From NCBI GenBank assembly GCA_963767925.1, contig CAVYGB010000008.1, forward strand, positions 3,232,001 to 3,296,000: DNA of 64,000 nucleotides, in the 5' to 3' direction. This DNA is from an uncultured delta proteobacterium. Its GTDB lineage: Bacteria; Myxococcota_A; Polyangia; Fen-1088. The stretch's first letter is position 1, and every line of letters begins with the position of its first letter. The notes beneath the pieces were generated by a model. That model was not told the origin of the DNA. It ran no database searches and saw nothing but the letters and a program-made list of their open reading frames with translations. Shown here in pieces: positions 19,890 through 35,982 of this stretch. A program made the translations under genes and the position numbers.

Positions 19890-20940
19890 TCAGCGGCTGG
19901 CGTAGACGCCGCAGGATTCGCGGACCAGGAGGCGGGAGCTGAGGACGATCTGTTCGTGGGCCCGCACGGTGGTGTCGTCGGTGATGCGGGAGATGAGGGC
20001 CTCGGCGCCCCGCTGGCCGATGAGGAAGCCGGGCTGCGCGATGGTGGTCAGGCGCGGGCGGAAGCCCTCCTGCCACTCGTAGTCGTCGTAGCTGATGATG
20101 CTGATGTCCTCGGGGCAGCGCAGCCCGCGGGCGCCGATGGCCTGCAGCGCGCCGATGGTGAGGCGGCTGTTGGGCACGAACATCGCCGTGGGGGGCGGGC
20201 AGCTCGAGCAGCCGCTGGGTGGCGGCGAAGCCGTCGGCGGCGCTGGCGGTCACCCGGGCCATGTACGCGGAGTCGGGGCCCAGCCCCGCCTCCTGCATCG
20301 CCTGCACGTACCCTTCGGCCCGGTCGCGGTGGCTCGACACCTCGAGCGTTGTGTCGAGCAGGGCGATCTGCTTGTGGCCGAGGCGCTGCAGGTGGCGGAC
20401 GGCGTCGCCCGAGGCGCGCAGGTTGTCCGAGACCACCACGTCGCGTCCCGAGCCCACCTGGCGGTCCACGAAGACGAGCGGCAGCGGATAGGCCTCGAGG
20501 CGGCGCTGCCACTCGGCGTCCTCGCCGCTGCGGGGCGCGGGGATCAGCACCACCCCGTCGCAGCGCAGGCCCCGCAGGGTCTGCAGGTGCTCCCACTCGA
20601 TCATGGGGTCCTCGCCGGCGTTGGCGAGGATGAGGTTGAAGCCGGCCGCGCGGGCCGCGCTGTCGACGCCCTTGACCACCTCCGGGAAATACGGATTCGT
20701 GATGTCGGGGATCACCATCCCAAGGGTCATCGTGCGCTTCATCTTCAGGCTGCGCGCGATGCGGTTGGGCAGGTAGGCCAGCTCCTTGATGGCCTCCTCG
20801 ATCCGCCGCTCGGCGGCGGCGCTCACGACCTTGTGGTTCAGATAGCGCGAGACCGTCGAGATCGAGACCCCGGCCCGGCGGGCGACCTCCCGGATGTCGG
20901 CCGCCTTCTTTTCGCTATCGCCTTCGCCGGAGCTTCTCAT
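19890..20940 (-). CDS. LacI family transcriptional regulator (one apparent frameshift)
   Basis: IREVARRAGVSISTVSR HTH, YLPNRIARSL, C-terminal PEDISIISYDD / LTTIAQP in a second frame. Confidence 0.9.
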
Positions 20941-20977
20941 GAGTTGATGCGCCTGCCACCCGCCCCTCCCCGGATCG

Positions 20978-21677
20978 TCACCGGGCCGGGTTGGCCGCTT
21001 CGATGACTCGTGTTCCGGGAGGCTCGGTCCATTTGAAAAGGGAATCAGCCAGCTTGGTGTTTATCTTTACTTCGGAAAACGTGATGGCGTTGATGTCCCC
21101 TTGCGTATTTATCAGCACGCTCTGCCGGACCAGGTAGGTCTTGGGGTCGACGACGAGGTAGATCGCCTTGTACGTGGACTGTGGCTTGCGCGGCTTGAGG
21201 GCCAGGCGGTGGTCCTCGGCCTCGCCATAAGGCAACTCCTTGGCCACGGATATATCGAACTCGTCGGAGAGCTTGCCCTTGCCCATGAGGAAAGACACCG
21301 CAGCGGGTAGCTGTGATCCCTTGAGATCCTGACGGTAGGCCTGCTTGGCCTCGGGCTCGTAGACCCACAACGTGCCCTCGGAGGCCAGATACATCTGAGG
21401 CTCGGGCCCGGCGTAGTTCCAGCGCATGCGGCCCGGCTTCTTGACCAGCACCTCGCCGGTGGAGGTCCGCTCCCGCCCGGTGGCCGCATAGGTGTACTTC
21501 TGGGTGAACGTGGCGCGGTAGTCGGCCGCCGATTCGTAACGCTTCTGGATCCGCTGGATCACCTGCGGCAGGGGCTCCGGTCTGGCGGTCGGCGGCGGCG
21601 GCGGCGGCCGGGACGCTGGCGGGACCCGCCGCAGGGGCGGCCGCCAGGGCGAACAACGCGAGTAGCCAAGTGGACAT
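20978..21677 (-). CDS. lolA: Outer-membrane lipoprotein carrier LolA (frameshift in signal region)
   Basis: FTQ, KKPGRMRWNY, LWVYEP, FKWTEPPG; same strand, downstream of ftsK. Confidence 0.85.
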
Positions 21678-21790
21678 TTGTTGAACTCTACTTTACGACC
21701 GGGTCGAGCGGGTTCGCCCGCCGAGGCGCGATCGTTCCTCATGAATGTGACGGCGGTCGGTCCGCCGCGATTCAGGCGCCTCAGGGCGCA

Positions 21791-22033
21791 TCAGGTGTCC
21801 AGCGGCGGCGTGTCCGAAAGCAGGCCGAAGCGGGAGCGGTCCTCCTCGGTCGCGATGCGCAGGACCCGGGCCTTGGCGGGGCGCACGGTCCAGCGATCGC
21901 CCATCCACCGCCGAACGAACGGCCAGCGACCGGCGCCGAAGCAGCCGGTGTAGGTGATGGCGAGTTGCTCCGCGCGGCGGCCACGAGCCACCACGACGAG
22001 GGTTCCGGCCGGGATGCCTTCGTCCGGCTTCAT
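21791..22033 (-). CDS. Small hypothetical protein
   Basis: ATG-initiated ORF MKPDEGIPAGTLVVVARG... co-oriented with the cluster. Confidence 0.45.
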   Translation of the reverse strand: MKPDEGIPAGTLVVVARGRRAEQLAITYTGCFGAGRWPFVRRWMGDRWTVRPAKARVLRIATEEDRSRFGLLSDTPPLDT

Positions 22034-22067
22034 CCCAGTGCTTTCCTGGTTTTTCGGGGGGGCCAGT

Positions 22068-22790
22068 CTAACGCCCGCTGCTGCCGGGGGCACCCAGGGA
22101 GAGGCGCAGTCGCAGCGAAACCAGGTCCCGCGCCACCCCCGCGATGCGGCGCAAGCCGGTGCTCTTGCTGCGTCCTGAACGGCGAGGGAGGCAGGATATT
22201 CCCACCACCGAGGTCGGCACCCGCTGGCGCAGCATCCGGATGGGGAACTCGAAGTTGAGGAAAAACGTGTCGGGGACGAGGATCCGGGGATCGAAGAGCT
22301 CGCGCCGGAAGAGATAAGGTCCATCCGACTGCATCGGCACCTGGAACAGCGCCCAGATCAGCCCCCGGATGCCCGCCGACAGGAGCGTCCGGTCCCAGCC
22401 ATCGTCCCGGTCGCGGTAGATCGATAACACCACCGACGCGCCCCCGGTCTTCGCCGTCTCGACGAGGGTCCCGAGCGCCTCGGGCGCGATCTGACCGTCG
22501 CAGGGCAAGAAGGTGACCCAGGGCAAGCTCGCCGCGGCCACCCCGGTCTTCAGGGCGGCGCCGATGCCCCGGTTGACCGGGTGGCGCAGCACCTGGCATC
22601 CGGGGCGCCCGGCGAGCACGGCCCGCGCCGCCTCCGCGGTGCCGTCGCGGCTGCCGTCGTCGACGAAGATCAGCTCGAAGGGGGCCAGACGCGCCTCGAG
22701 CCAGGCGAGGATCTCCGGCAGGACGGTGGGGACGTTGCTGGCTTCGTTGTAAGCGAAGACCACCAGCGCAAGTGGCAGCGTCCCCGACAT
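22068..22790 (-). CDS. Glycosyltransferase family 2 (DPM1-like)
   Basis: AYNE, VDDGSRDGT, NRGIGAA, PCDGQ. Confidence 0.85.
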   Translation of the reverse strand: MSGTLPLALVVFAYNEASNVPTVLPEILAWLEARLAPFELIFVDDGSRDGTAEAARAVLAGRPGCQVLRHPVNRGIGAALKTGVAAASLPWVTFLPCDGQIAPEALGTLVETAKTGGASVVLSIYRDRDDGWDRTLLSAGIRGLIWALFQVPMQSDGPYLFRRELFDPRILVPDTFFLNFEFPIRMLRQRVPTSVVGISCLPRRSGRSKSTGLRRIAGVARDLVSLRLRLSLGAPGSSGR

Positions 22791-22796
22791 GGGCCC

Positions 22797-23318
22797 TCAG
22801 CGGTGCCGCAGGATGCGGGCCGGGCTGCCGGCCACGACCGCATATTCGGGCACGTCGCGGGTGACGACCGCCCCCGCCCCGATGACCGCCCCCCGCCCCA
22901 CCGTCACGCCGGGCAGCAGGATCGCGCCCAGGCCGACGTCGGCGTCCTCCTCGATCACCACCGGGGCCAGGGCCAGCGGGGAGAACAGGACCGGGGTGGC
23001 CCGACCGCTCTCGCGGTGCTGGGAGGTCAGGATCTTGACCCCCGGACCGATGCCGACGCGGGCGCCGATGGTGAGGCCCCCCGCCGAGTGGAAGAAACAC
23101 TGCTGCCCGATCCAGGTCTCGTCGCCGATCTGCATCTGGTTCTGGTGGTACCCCTTGAGGATGCTCGCGTGGCCGACGTAGACGTTGCGCCCGAGGGTGA
23201 TGTTCTCGGGGTGAAAGACCAGCACCCCCGTCTCGAAGACGCAGTCGGGGCCCAGGGCCCGGAACTGCTCGGGCAGGAAGGCGCCCGTCCCGTGGCTGCG
23301 GTGTCTCGGCTTGTCCAT
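22797..23318 (-). CDS. Hexapeptide-repeat acyltransferase
   Basis: Left-handed beta-helix repeats, PGVTVGRGAVIGAGAVVTRDVP...AGSPAR. Confidence 0.85.
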   Translation of the reverse strand: MDKPRHRSHGTGAFLPEQFRALGPDCVFETGVLVFHPENITLGRNVYVGHASILKGYHQNQMQIGDETWIGQQCFFHSAGGLTIGARVGIGPGVKILTSQHRESGRATPVLFSPLALAPVVIEEDADVGLGAILLPGVTVGRGAVIGAGAVVTRDVPEYAVVAGSPARILRHR

Positions 23319-23320
23319 CG

Positions 23321-23984
23321 TCAACCTCCCGCCACGTAGTGAGCCCCGAGGGCGATCCCGAGCTGCCCCGTCCAGTAAAAGGCCAGGTTCATCGTCTGCT
23401 GCATCGGCAGGGGCTGCCGGAAGCGGCCCCAGGCCAGGATGGCGTCGCTGAGATAAAACGAGACCGCCCCGGCCGTGATGGGGACGGTGACGTAAAAGGG
23501 CCAGGGCCCGCCGAGCAGCACGTAGGCCGCGCCCACCATGACGGTGATGGCCAGGCCGTACAGCAGGATCGGCGCTCGCAGCCCCCCGTCGACGCGCGGC
23601 CAGAGCCGGCGCAGCAGCCAGGTCGTCGCGAGGGTCATCACCGCCAGTCCAACGAGCGCCGTCGGATCGAAGGGCCCCCGCCCGCCCCCCAGCAGGAAGG
23701 CGGAGGTGAAGGCGGCGTGGGCCAGCAAGAAGAGCAGCAGGCCGGCGAGGAAGAAGCCCGCCGCTCTCGACCAGCAGGGCGGTGTCGCCGAGGGCCGAGA
23801 GGAGCAGCGCCCCCACAACGAGGACGCCGAACCGATCCTGGGAGGGCATGCCGGTGACGAGGAGCAGGGACAGGGTCGCGGCGGGCTTGGTGAACAGGAA
23901 CAGCCAGCGCCACCGCCCATCGGCGGAGATGAGCGCGATAAGCGCCAGGGCCCCGAAGATGAGCAGGGCCAGGGGGAGCTCCAC
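23321..23984 (-). CDS. YhhN/TMEM86 lysoplasmalogenase family membrane protein (one apparent frameshift)
   Basis: TKP, SALGD, FLLAH, FYLSD, YW.GQ motifs over two frames. Confidence 0.75.
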
Positions 23985-24049
23985 CCCTTCATTTTATGCC
24001 CTTGCGACAGGGCGGTCACCGAAAAGGTGTCCGCACCGACGGTGGCGGC

Positions 24050-27070
<3,021 letters not shown>

Positions 27071-27196
27071 CTCGCTACCTACTTTATCCTACATTGGAAT
27101 CTAAAGCCTACATCCCAGGGTAAACCGGCTGGCGGTCCCGTCAAATTTCCCGCCCGCGGCCGCGGGGTTCCCCCGAGGGCGTCGCCCTGGCGGCTG

Positions 27197-29432
<2,236 letters not shown>

Positions 29433-29670
29433 GCCGGATCCCGTGCGCGCCGGCCGGCGGGCGGGGGAGTCCCGGGTCACGGGCAAAGCGGACACGACAT
29501 TATAGTAGTACGTCTGCCCACATCTTCGCGTCGAGCGCGCCGTCACCACCCGTCCGGGCAGGGCCGGACCGGGCACAAATTCGCCGGAGGGCCGGCTGCC
29601 GCGGGTGGGGGTCGAGGTGTCAGAAGCTCCGGACGCGCGTGCCTACACGGGTTATGATTAGGGCCAACTC

Positions 29671-30354
29671 ATGAGCTGGGAAACCATCCGAGACCTCGTC
29701 CGCGACGAGTGGTTGATTCTGTCCCTCCTGCTGCTCTGGTCGCTGGTGGGGCTCACCATCATCTGCGAGCGGGTTTATGCATTGTGGAACGTGCTCCCCA
29801 AATCGGAGGCGTTCAAGAACAAGGTCGTCGGCGCCATCGAGGCGGCGATCTCGCCAAGGCCACCGCCCTGTGCGAGACGGCCAGCGAGCCGCTCGCCGAC
29901 GTGTTCGAGCGGGGCCTGAAGATGTTCCGCAAACGCTCGGGCAAGGTCACCGAGGCGGTCAACTCGCAGCGCCTGGTTGTCGTCGGATCCTTCAGGCGCT
30001 ACCTCTGGCTGCTCGGCACGGTGGGCTCGTCGGCGCCCTTCGTCGGTCTGTTCGGCACGGTGGTCGGCATCCTCAAGGCCTTCCAGTCGATGTCGGTGGC
30101 CGGCTCGGCCGGGTTCAAGGTCGTCTCCCAGGGCATCGCCGCCGCGCTGGTGGCCACCGCCGCCGGCCTGCTTGTCGCGATCTACGCCATCATGGCCTAC
30201 AACTACTTCGTCGCCCGGGTGAACGCGATCGTCGGTGCAGTACAAGCTGCACGCCGAGGAGTTCCTGAACGCGCTGGCCGAGCACGGGCCGGTCAAGGCG
30301 GCGGCGCCCGCTCCGGCCGCGGCCGGCGGCGAGGGCCCCGTCGCGTCCGCCTGA
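29671..30354 (+). CDS. MotA/TolQ/ExbB proton channel protein (apparent frameshifts)
   Basis: LGTVGSSAPFVGLFGTVVGI, ALVATAAGLLVAI. Confidence 0.85.
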
Positions 30355-30372
30355 TCGAGAGGGAGACAAACC

Positions 30373-30846
30373 ATGGGTATGAACGTCAACCTCGACGACA
30401 GCTCGTCTTCGATGGACGAGTCGGACGGCCCGGAGTCCGTGGTCGCGGAGATCAACATCACCCCGCTGACCGACGTGTTCCTCGTGCTGCTGATCATCTT
30501 CATGGTCACCGCCACCGCGGCGGTGGACGCGGAGAAGGCCGCCCGCGAGGGCGTGAAGGTGGCCCTGCCCCAGGCCGACGCCGCCGGGCCGGTCACGACC
30601 AAGCGGGCGGTGCCGGTGTTGACCATCACCGCGGCCAACGAGATCTTCCTGTTTTCGCGCAAGCTCGACCCCAACCCGACCGTGATAGAGCAGGAGCTGA
30701 AGAAGGCCCTGACCGAGGGGAACTCCGACACCCTCCTACTCCGCGGCGACAAGCAGGTCATGCTGGGATCGGCGGTCGACATCATGTCGATCGCCAAGCG
30801 GGCGGGCGCGAAGAACATCGGCATCCTGACGCAACCAGGCAAGTAG
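30373..30846 (+). CDS. ExbD/TolR family protein
   Basis: EINITPLTDVFLVLLIIFMV. Confidence 0.9.
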   Translation: MGMNVNLDDSSSSMDESDGPESVVAEINITPLTDVFLVLLIIFMVTATAAVDAEKAAREGVKVALPQADAAGPVTTKRAVPVLTITAANEIFLFSRKLDPNPTVIEQELKKALTEGNSDTLLLRGDKQVMLGSAVDIMSIAKRAGAKNIGILTQPGK

Positions 30847-30854
30847 CGGGCTCG

Positions 30855-30902
30855 TCCAAACCGCCCCACGATCGGGCGTGGTCGCATCCAAACCGCCCCA
30901 CG
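30855..30902 (+). promoter_or_regulatory. 16-bp direct repeat, putative enhancer (UAS) sites
   Basis: TCCAAACCGCCCCACG at 30855-30870 and 30887-30902 (32-bp period). Confidence 0.55.
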
Positions 30903-30973
30903 GATCGGCCGGCGATTTTCCCGGCCACCTGAAATTTTCGAGCTCTGGGCGGGCAGCAGCGCCACCGGGCGCC

Positions 30974-30989
30974 AGGCACATCCCCTGCA
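30974..30989 (+). promoter_or_regulatory. Putative sigma54 -24/-12 promoter
   Basis: AGGCAC-ATCCC-CTGCA with correct GG-N10-GC spacing. Confidence 0.65.
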
Positions 30990-31041
30990 GGTAGAGAGGA
31001 CGGCTGGAACGCCAGCCCGCCCGTACCAAAGGAGATTGTCT

Positions 31042-31263
31042 ATGAAGCTGACCCGTACGCTCATTCTCGGAATCGCCTTCCTCATGCCGTCCACGGCGCT
31101 GCTCGCCCGCGCGGATGACAAGCCGGCCGCCGACAAGGCCGCTCCGGCCGAGGGCGCCGCTCCCGCCGAAGGCGAGAAGAAGGCCAAGAAGAAGAAGGCC
31201 AAGAAGGAAGACAAGAAGGAAGAGGCCCCCGCCGCCCCGGCCGCCGAGCCCGAGAAGAAGTAA
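31042..31263 (+). CDS. Small secreted Lys/Ala/Glu-rich low-complexity protein
   Basis: RBS AAAGGAG, signal peptide ending ARA, charged disordered mature part. Confidence 0.75.
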   Translation: MKLTRTLILGIAFLMPSTALLARADDKPAADKAAPAEGAAPAEGEKKAKKKKAKKEDKKEEAPAAPAAEPEKK

Positions 31264-31286
31264 CACCTCCCTCAGCCGAGGTAGAA

Positions 31287-31325
31287 AGGACCCCCGGGAG
31301 CGATCTCTCGGGGGTCTTCGTTTTT
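31287..31325 (+). terminator. Rho-independent terminator
   Basis: AGGACCCCCGGGAG-CGAT-CTCTCGGGGGTCTT followed by a T run. Confidence 0.75.
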
Positions 31326-31423
31326 CAAAGGCTTCGCGCCGAGCGAGCTCGGCGGCAGCTCCGCACGCGTGGCTGGGGTTTTCGCGTTAGGATCGAATCG
31401 AGGCGAGGGCTGAGACGAGGAAC

Positions 31424-33000
31424 ATGACGGTCCGGACCAAGGTCTGGTTGCTGGTCGCAGCGGGGGTCGCCGTCGATCGCGGGCGCCACCGGGTGGCTGC
31501 ACACCTACGCCCTGCGGCGCGAGCTGACCAAGCAGACCCGCGACGCCGCCTCGGCGGTGGTCAAGGAGATCGCCGACGCCCTGGTCGCCCTCGACGCCGA
31601 CGCCGAGGACCACGACCTGGCCCACGTGCTGTCCACCTACAGTGTGCGGCACGCCCGCATCCAGCGGATCGAGCTGCACGTCGAGCGCGAGGACCTCGGC
31701 TCCGCGCTGAGCATCGTCGCCCCCCGGGGCGATCGAGCCGGAGATCCGCCGGCTGGGGCCGGCCTATCCGGCTGCCCGAGCACCGCTTCACCCGGGTCGA
31801 GACCGGCGCCGACACCTACGAGCTCCAGGAGCCGGTCGATCTGCAGGGGCCCTGGAAGGCCACCTTGCTGCTGCACTGGAGCCTGGGGGCGGTCGAGTCG
31901 GTGCTGCGCGAGTCGGAGCGCTGGGCGATCGACGCTGGGGGCCCTGCAGCTGGTGGCGCTGGTGCTGCTGGTCGGCTTCCTGGTCGACCGGGCGGTGGTG
32001 CGGCGCCTCGAGGTGCTGGCCCGGGCCATGCGCGACGTCGAGGAGGGCGACCTCGACGCGGCGGGTGCCGGTGGCCTCCGACGACGAGGTCGGGCGGCTG
32101 TCCCACGGCTTCAACCGCATGCTCGACCAGCTGTCGGCGCGCCGACCGGGAGATCCGGGCCTTCAACCAGCGGCTGGCCCAGGAGATCGACGCCGCCACC
32201 CAGGATCTGTCACAAGAAGAACGTCGCCCTGGCCCAGTTGAACCGGCTGCTGATCGACCTGCGCCGGGAGAACGCCTCCCGGGTGCGGCTGGCGACCCTG
32301 GGGCAGCTGGCCGCCCAGCTGGCCCACGAGATCGGCACGCCGCTGTCGTCGGTCTCGGGGCACCTGCAGCTGGCGCTGCTGCGAGCGGGAGCTGCTGCCC
32401 GGGGTGCGCGAGCGGCTGGAGGTGTCGGTCGCGCGAGATCGGTCGCATCGGGCGCATCGTGCGCGACTACCTCGACTCGACCCGCTCGCTCGAGCCCGAG
32501 CGCAAGCCCAGCTCGCTCCGACAGATCCTGACCGAGGCGGTCGAGCTGACCGGCGGCCTCGACCGCGGCGATGGCGCCCGCATCGAGGTCTCGCTGGCCG
32601 ACGACCCGGCCGAGTTCGTGACCGACCCGGGGCTGCTGCGCCAGATCGTGATCAACCTGCTGACCAACGCCCTCGACGCGGTGGAGCCGGGCGGGCGCAT
32701 CGTGGTGGGGGCCCGGGTCACCGAGGCCGAGGTCATCATCACCGTCAACGACACCGGCAGCGGCATCTCCTCGGAGGACCTGCGGCGGATCTTCGAGCCG
32801 TTTTACACGACCAAGGGGCGCGGCAAGGGGACCGGGCTGGGGCTGGCCATCTGCCGCGAGCTGGTGGCGGCGCTGGGCGGGCAGATCGGGGTGCGAGAGC
32901 ACGCCGGGCCAGGGCTCCACCTTCACCGTGCGCCTGCCCCTGCGGGGCGCGCCCCAGGGGACCGAGGCGCGACCGTACGCGGCGGCCGGGGGCCAGCGCG

Positions 33001-33004
<4 letters not shown>
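31424..33004 (+). CDS. Sensor histidine kinase (periplasmic sensor, HAMP; several frameshifts)
   Basis: LAHEIGTPL, NLLTNA, DTGSG, FYTTK, GTGLGL; ATGA overlap with the next gene. Confidence 0.85.
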
Positions 33005-34386
<1,382 letters not shown>

Positions 34387-34390
34387 CCGC

Positions 34391-35902
34391 TCAGGCGCCG
34401 AACAGGCCCTGGGCGGGGGTCAGGACGTTGTCGGGGTCGAAGCGGGCCTTGGCTCGGAGCAGGAGGTCCCAGCGGGGGCCGAAGTGCTGTTGCCAATCGG
34501 CGGGGGTGAAGTCGGGGACGGCGCCGATCACGTAGCGCCGGCCGCCGAGGGCGACCGCCTGATCGTGGAGGGCGCGGTTGTCGGCCAGCATGCCCGCCAC
34601 CTGGGCGGGATCGGCCTCCGGAAGGCGGAGCAGGCTGAGGTGGAAGGCCGCCGGCTCGTCGGGCACCCGGAACAGCGGCTGCCGGGTGCGGGCGGTGGCG
34701 AAGGGGTAGAGCAGGGCCGGGCCCATCACCCCCGGCACCAGCACCCCCAGGTCGGCCGGGTCGAGCTGGGCCACCAGGTTGCCGATGAAGCCGGCTGCCT
34801 GCGAGGCGGGGAGGAACAGGCTCAGCCAGGGGTGGGCGGTGTTCCAGCGGCCGAGGCTCTTGATGAAGCCGATCACGGGGTCGATCCGGAAGGCGAAGTC
34901 CCGGTAGGCGACGGTGGCGATCTGGGCCTCGGCCCGGGCGTCGCGCAGCCCCGCCAGCAGGGCGGCGTCGTCGGGCACCTGGGGGGGCGAGAAGTAGGTC
35001 GCGGCCTCGATCTGGTAACGCCAGCCGCTGTCGGCGGGGGTGCGCACGATCTGGCCCTCGAGGTAGCTGAAGCGGCCGTCGGCCAGCAGCAGGAGCTGAT
35101 CCTGCAGGTAGGTGGCGAGGTCCTCGTAAAACAGATTGTAGACCCGGGTCTGGGTGGGGGCGGCGACGAGGCGGACCCGGGCGCGCGCGATGATCCCGCA
35201 CTGGCCCACCCCGGCCAGCACGGCGTGAAACAGGCCGGGGCGCTGGCCGGGCGAGCAGATCACCCGCCGGCCCTGCCCGGTCACCACCTCCAGCTCCAGC
35301 ACGGTGTCGACCTGGGCGCCGGCCCGCGAGGTGGAGCCGCCGATGCCGCCCACGCTGAGGGTCCCGCCGATCGACAGGTGCAGGTAGTCGGTCAGCACGG
35401 GGGGCGTGAGGCCAAGCGAGGCGGCGGCGTCGAAGAGCTGCGACCAGTGCACGCCGGCGTCGACGAGGGCGCTGTCGTTCGAGAGGTCGTGGATGGTGGC
35501 CAGCGCGCCGGCGTCGATGACCACCCCACCGGGCGCCTGGGCCTGGCCGGAGGTGGAGTGGGACTCGCGCAGGTCGGGCGTGCCGGCCTGGCCGTTCATC
35601 GACACCTTCAGCCCGTGACGGCGGGCGAAGCGAACCAGGGCGGCGATGTCCGCCACCGATCCGGGCCGGAGGACCGCGCAGGGCTGGCGCGTGATCAGGC
35701 GCCCGAAGTCGCCGGCGAAGGCGGCGCGGGTGGCGGGATCGAGGTGCAGGGTCCCGTCGAGGGGCGGGAGCCGGGCGAAGTCGCAGGCCGCCGCCTCGGT
35801 GACCCAGGAGCGGGCCCGGGGGTCCCAGCCGATGACCAGCGGCAGCGGTGCCGCCCCCAGAAGGCCCTGCAGAACGCGACGACGTGAGCAGCCTGAGCCC
35901 AT
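34391..35902 (-). CDS. Tat-exported FAD-binding oxidoreductase, cytokinin dehydrogenase-like
   Basis: SRRRVLQG, DFGRL, SHSTSGQAQ, LTDYLHLSIGGTLSVGG, LEVVTGQG, GVGQCGII, HPWL, KARFDP..VLTPAQ. Confidence 0.8.
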   Translation of the reverse strand: MGSGCSRRRVLQGLLGAAPLPLVIGWDPRARSWVTEAAACDFARLPPLDGTLHLDPATRAAFAGDFGRLITRQPCAVLRPGSVADIAALVRFARRHGLKVSMNGQAGTPDLRESHSTSGQAQAPGGVVIDAGALATIHDLSNDSALVDAGVHWSQLFDAAASLGLTPPVLTDYLHLSIGGTLSVGGIGGSTSRAGAQVDTVLELEVVTGQGRRVICSPGQRPGLFHAVLAGVGQCGIIARARVRLVAAPTQTRVYNLFYEDLATYLQDQLLLLADGRFSYLEGQIVRTPADSGWRYQIEAATYFSPPQVPDDAALLAGLRDARAEAQIATVAYRDFAFRIDPVIGFIKSLGRWNTAHPWLSLFLPASQAAGFIGNLVAQLDPADLGVLVPGVMGPALLYPFATARTRQPLFRVPDEPAAFHLSLLRLPEADPAQVAGMLADNRALHDQAVALGGRRYVIGAVPDFTPADWQQHFGPRWDLLLRAKARFDPDNVLTPAQGLFGA

Positions 35903-35982
35903 CGAGTCCTCCTCGTGTGTTGTGTCGCCCCCGATGCCGCCAGCGATTATTCCGGAGGTGCTTCCGCCTGGCAACCGGGGGA

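Noticed and set aside
22797..23984. YhhN-acyltransferase fusion
   Set aside because: A frameshift in YhhN joins the frames; YhhN ends at 23321 and the acyltransferase starts at 23318.
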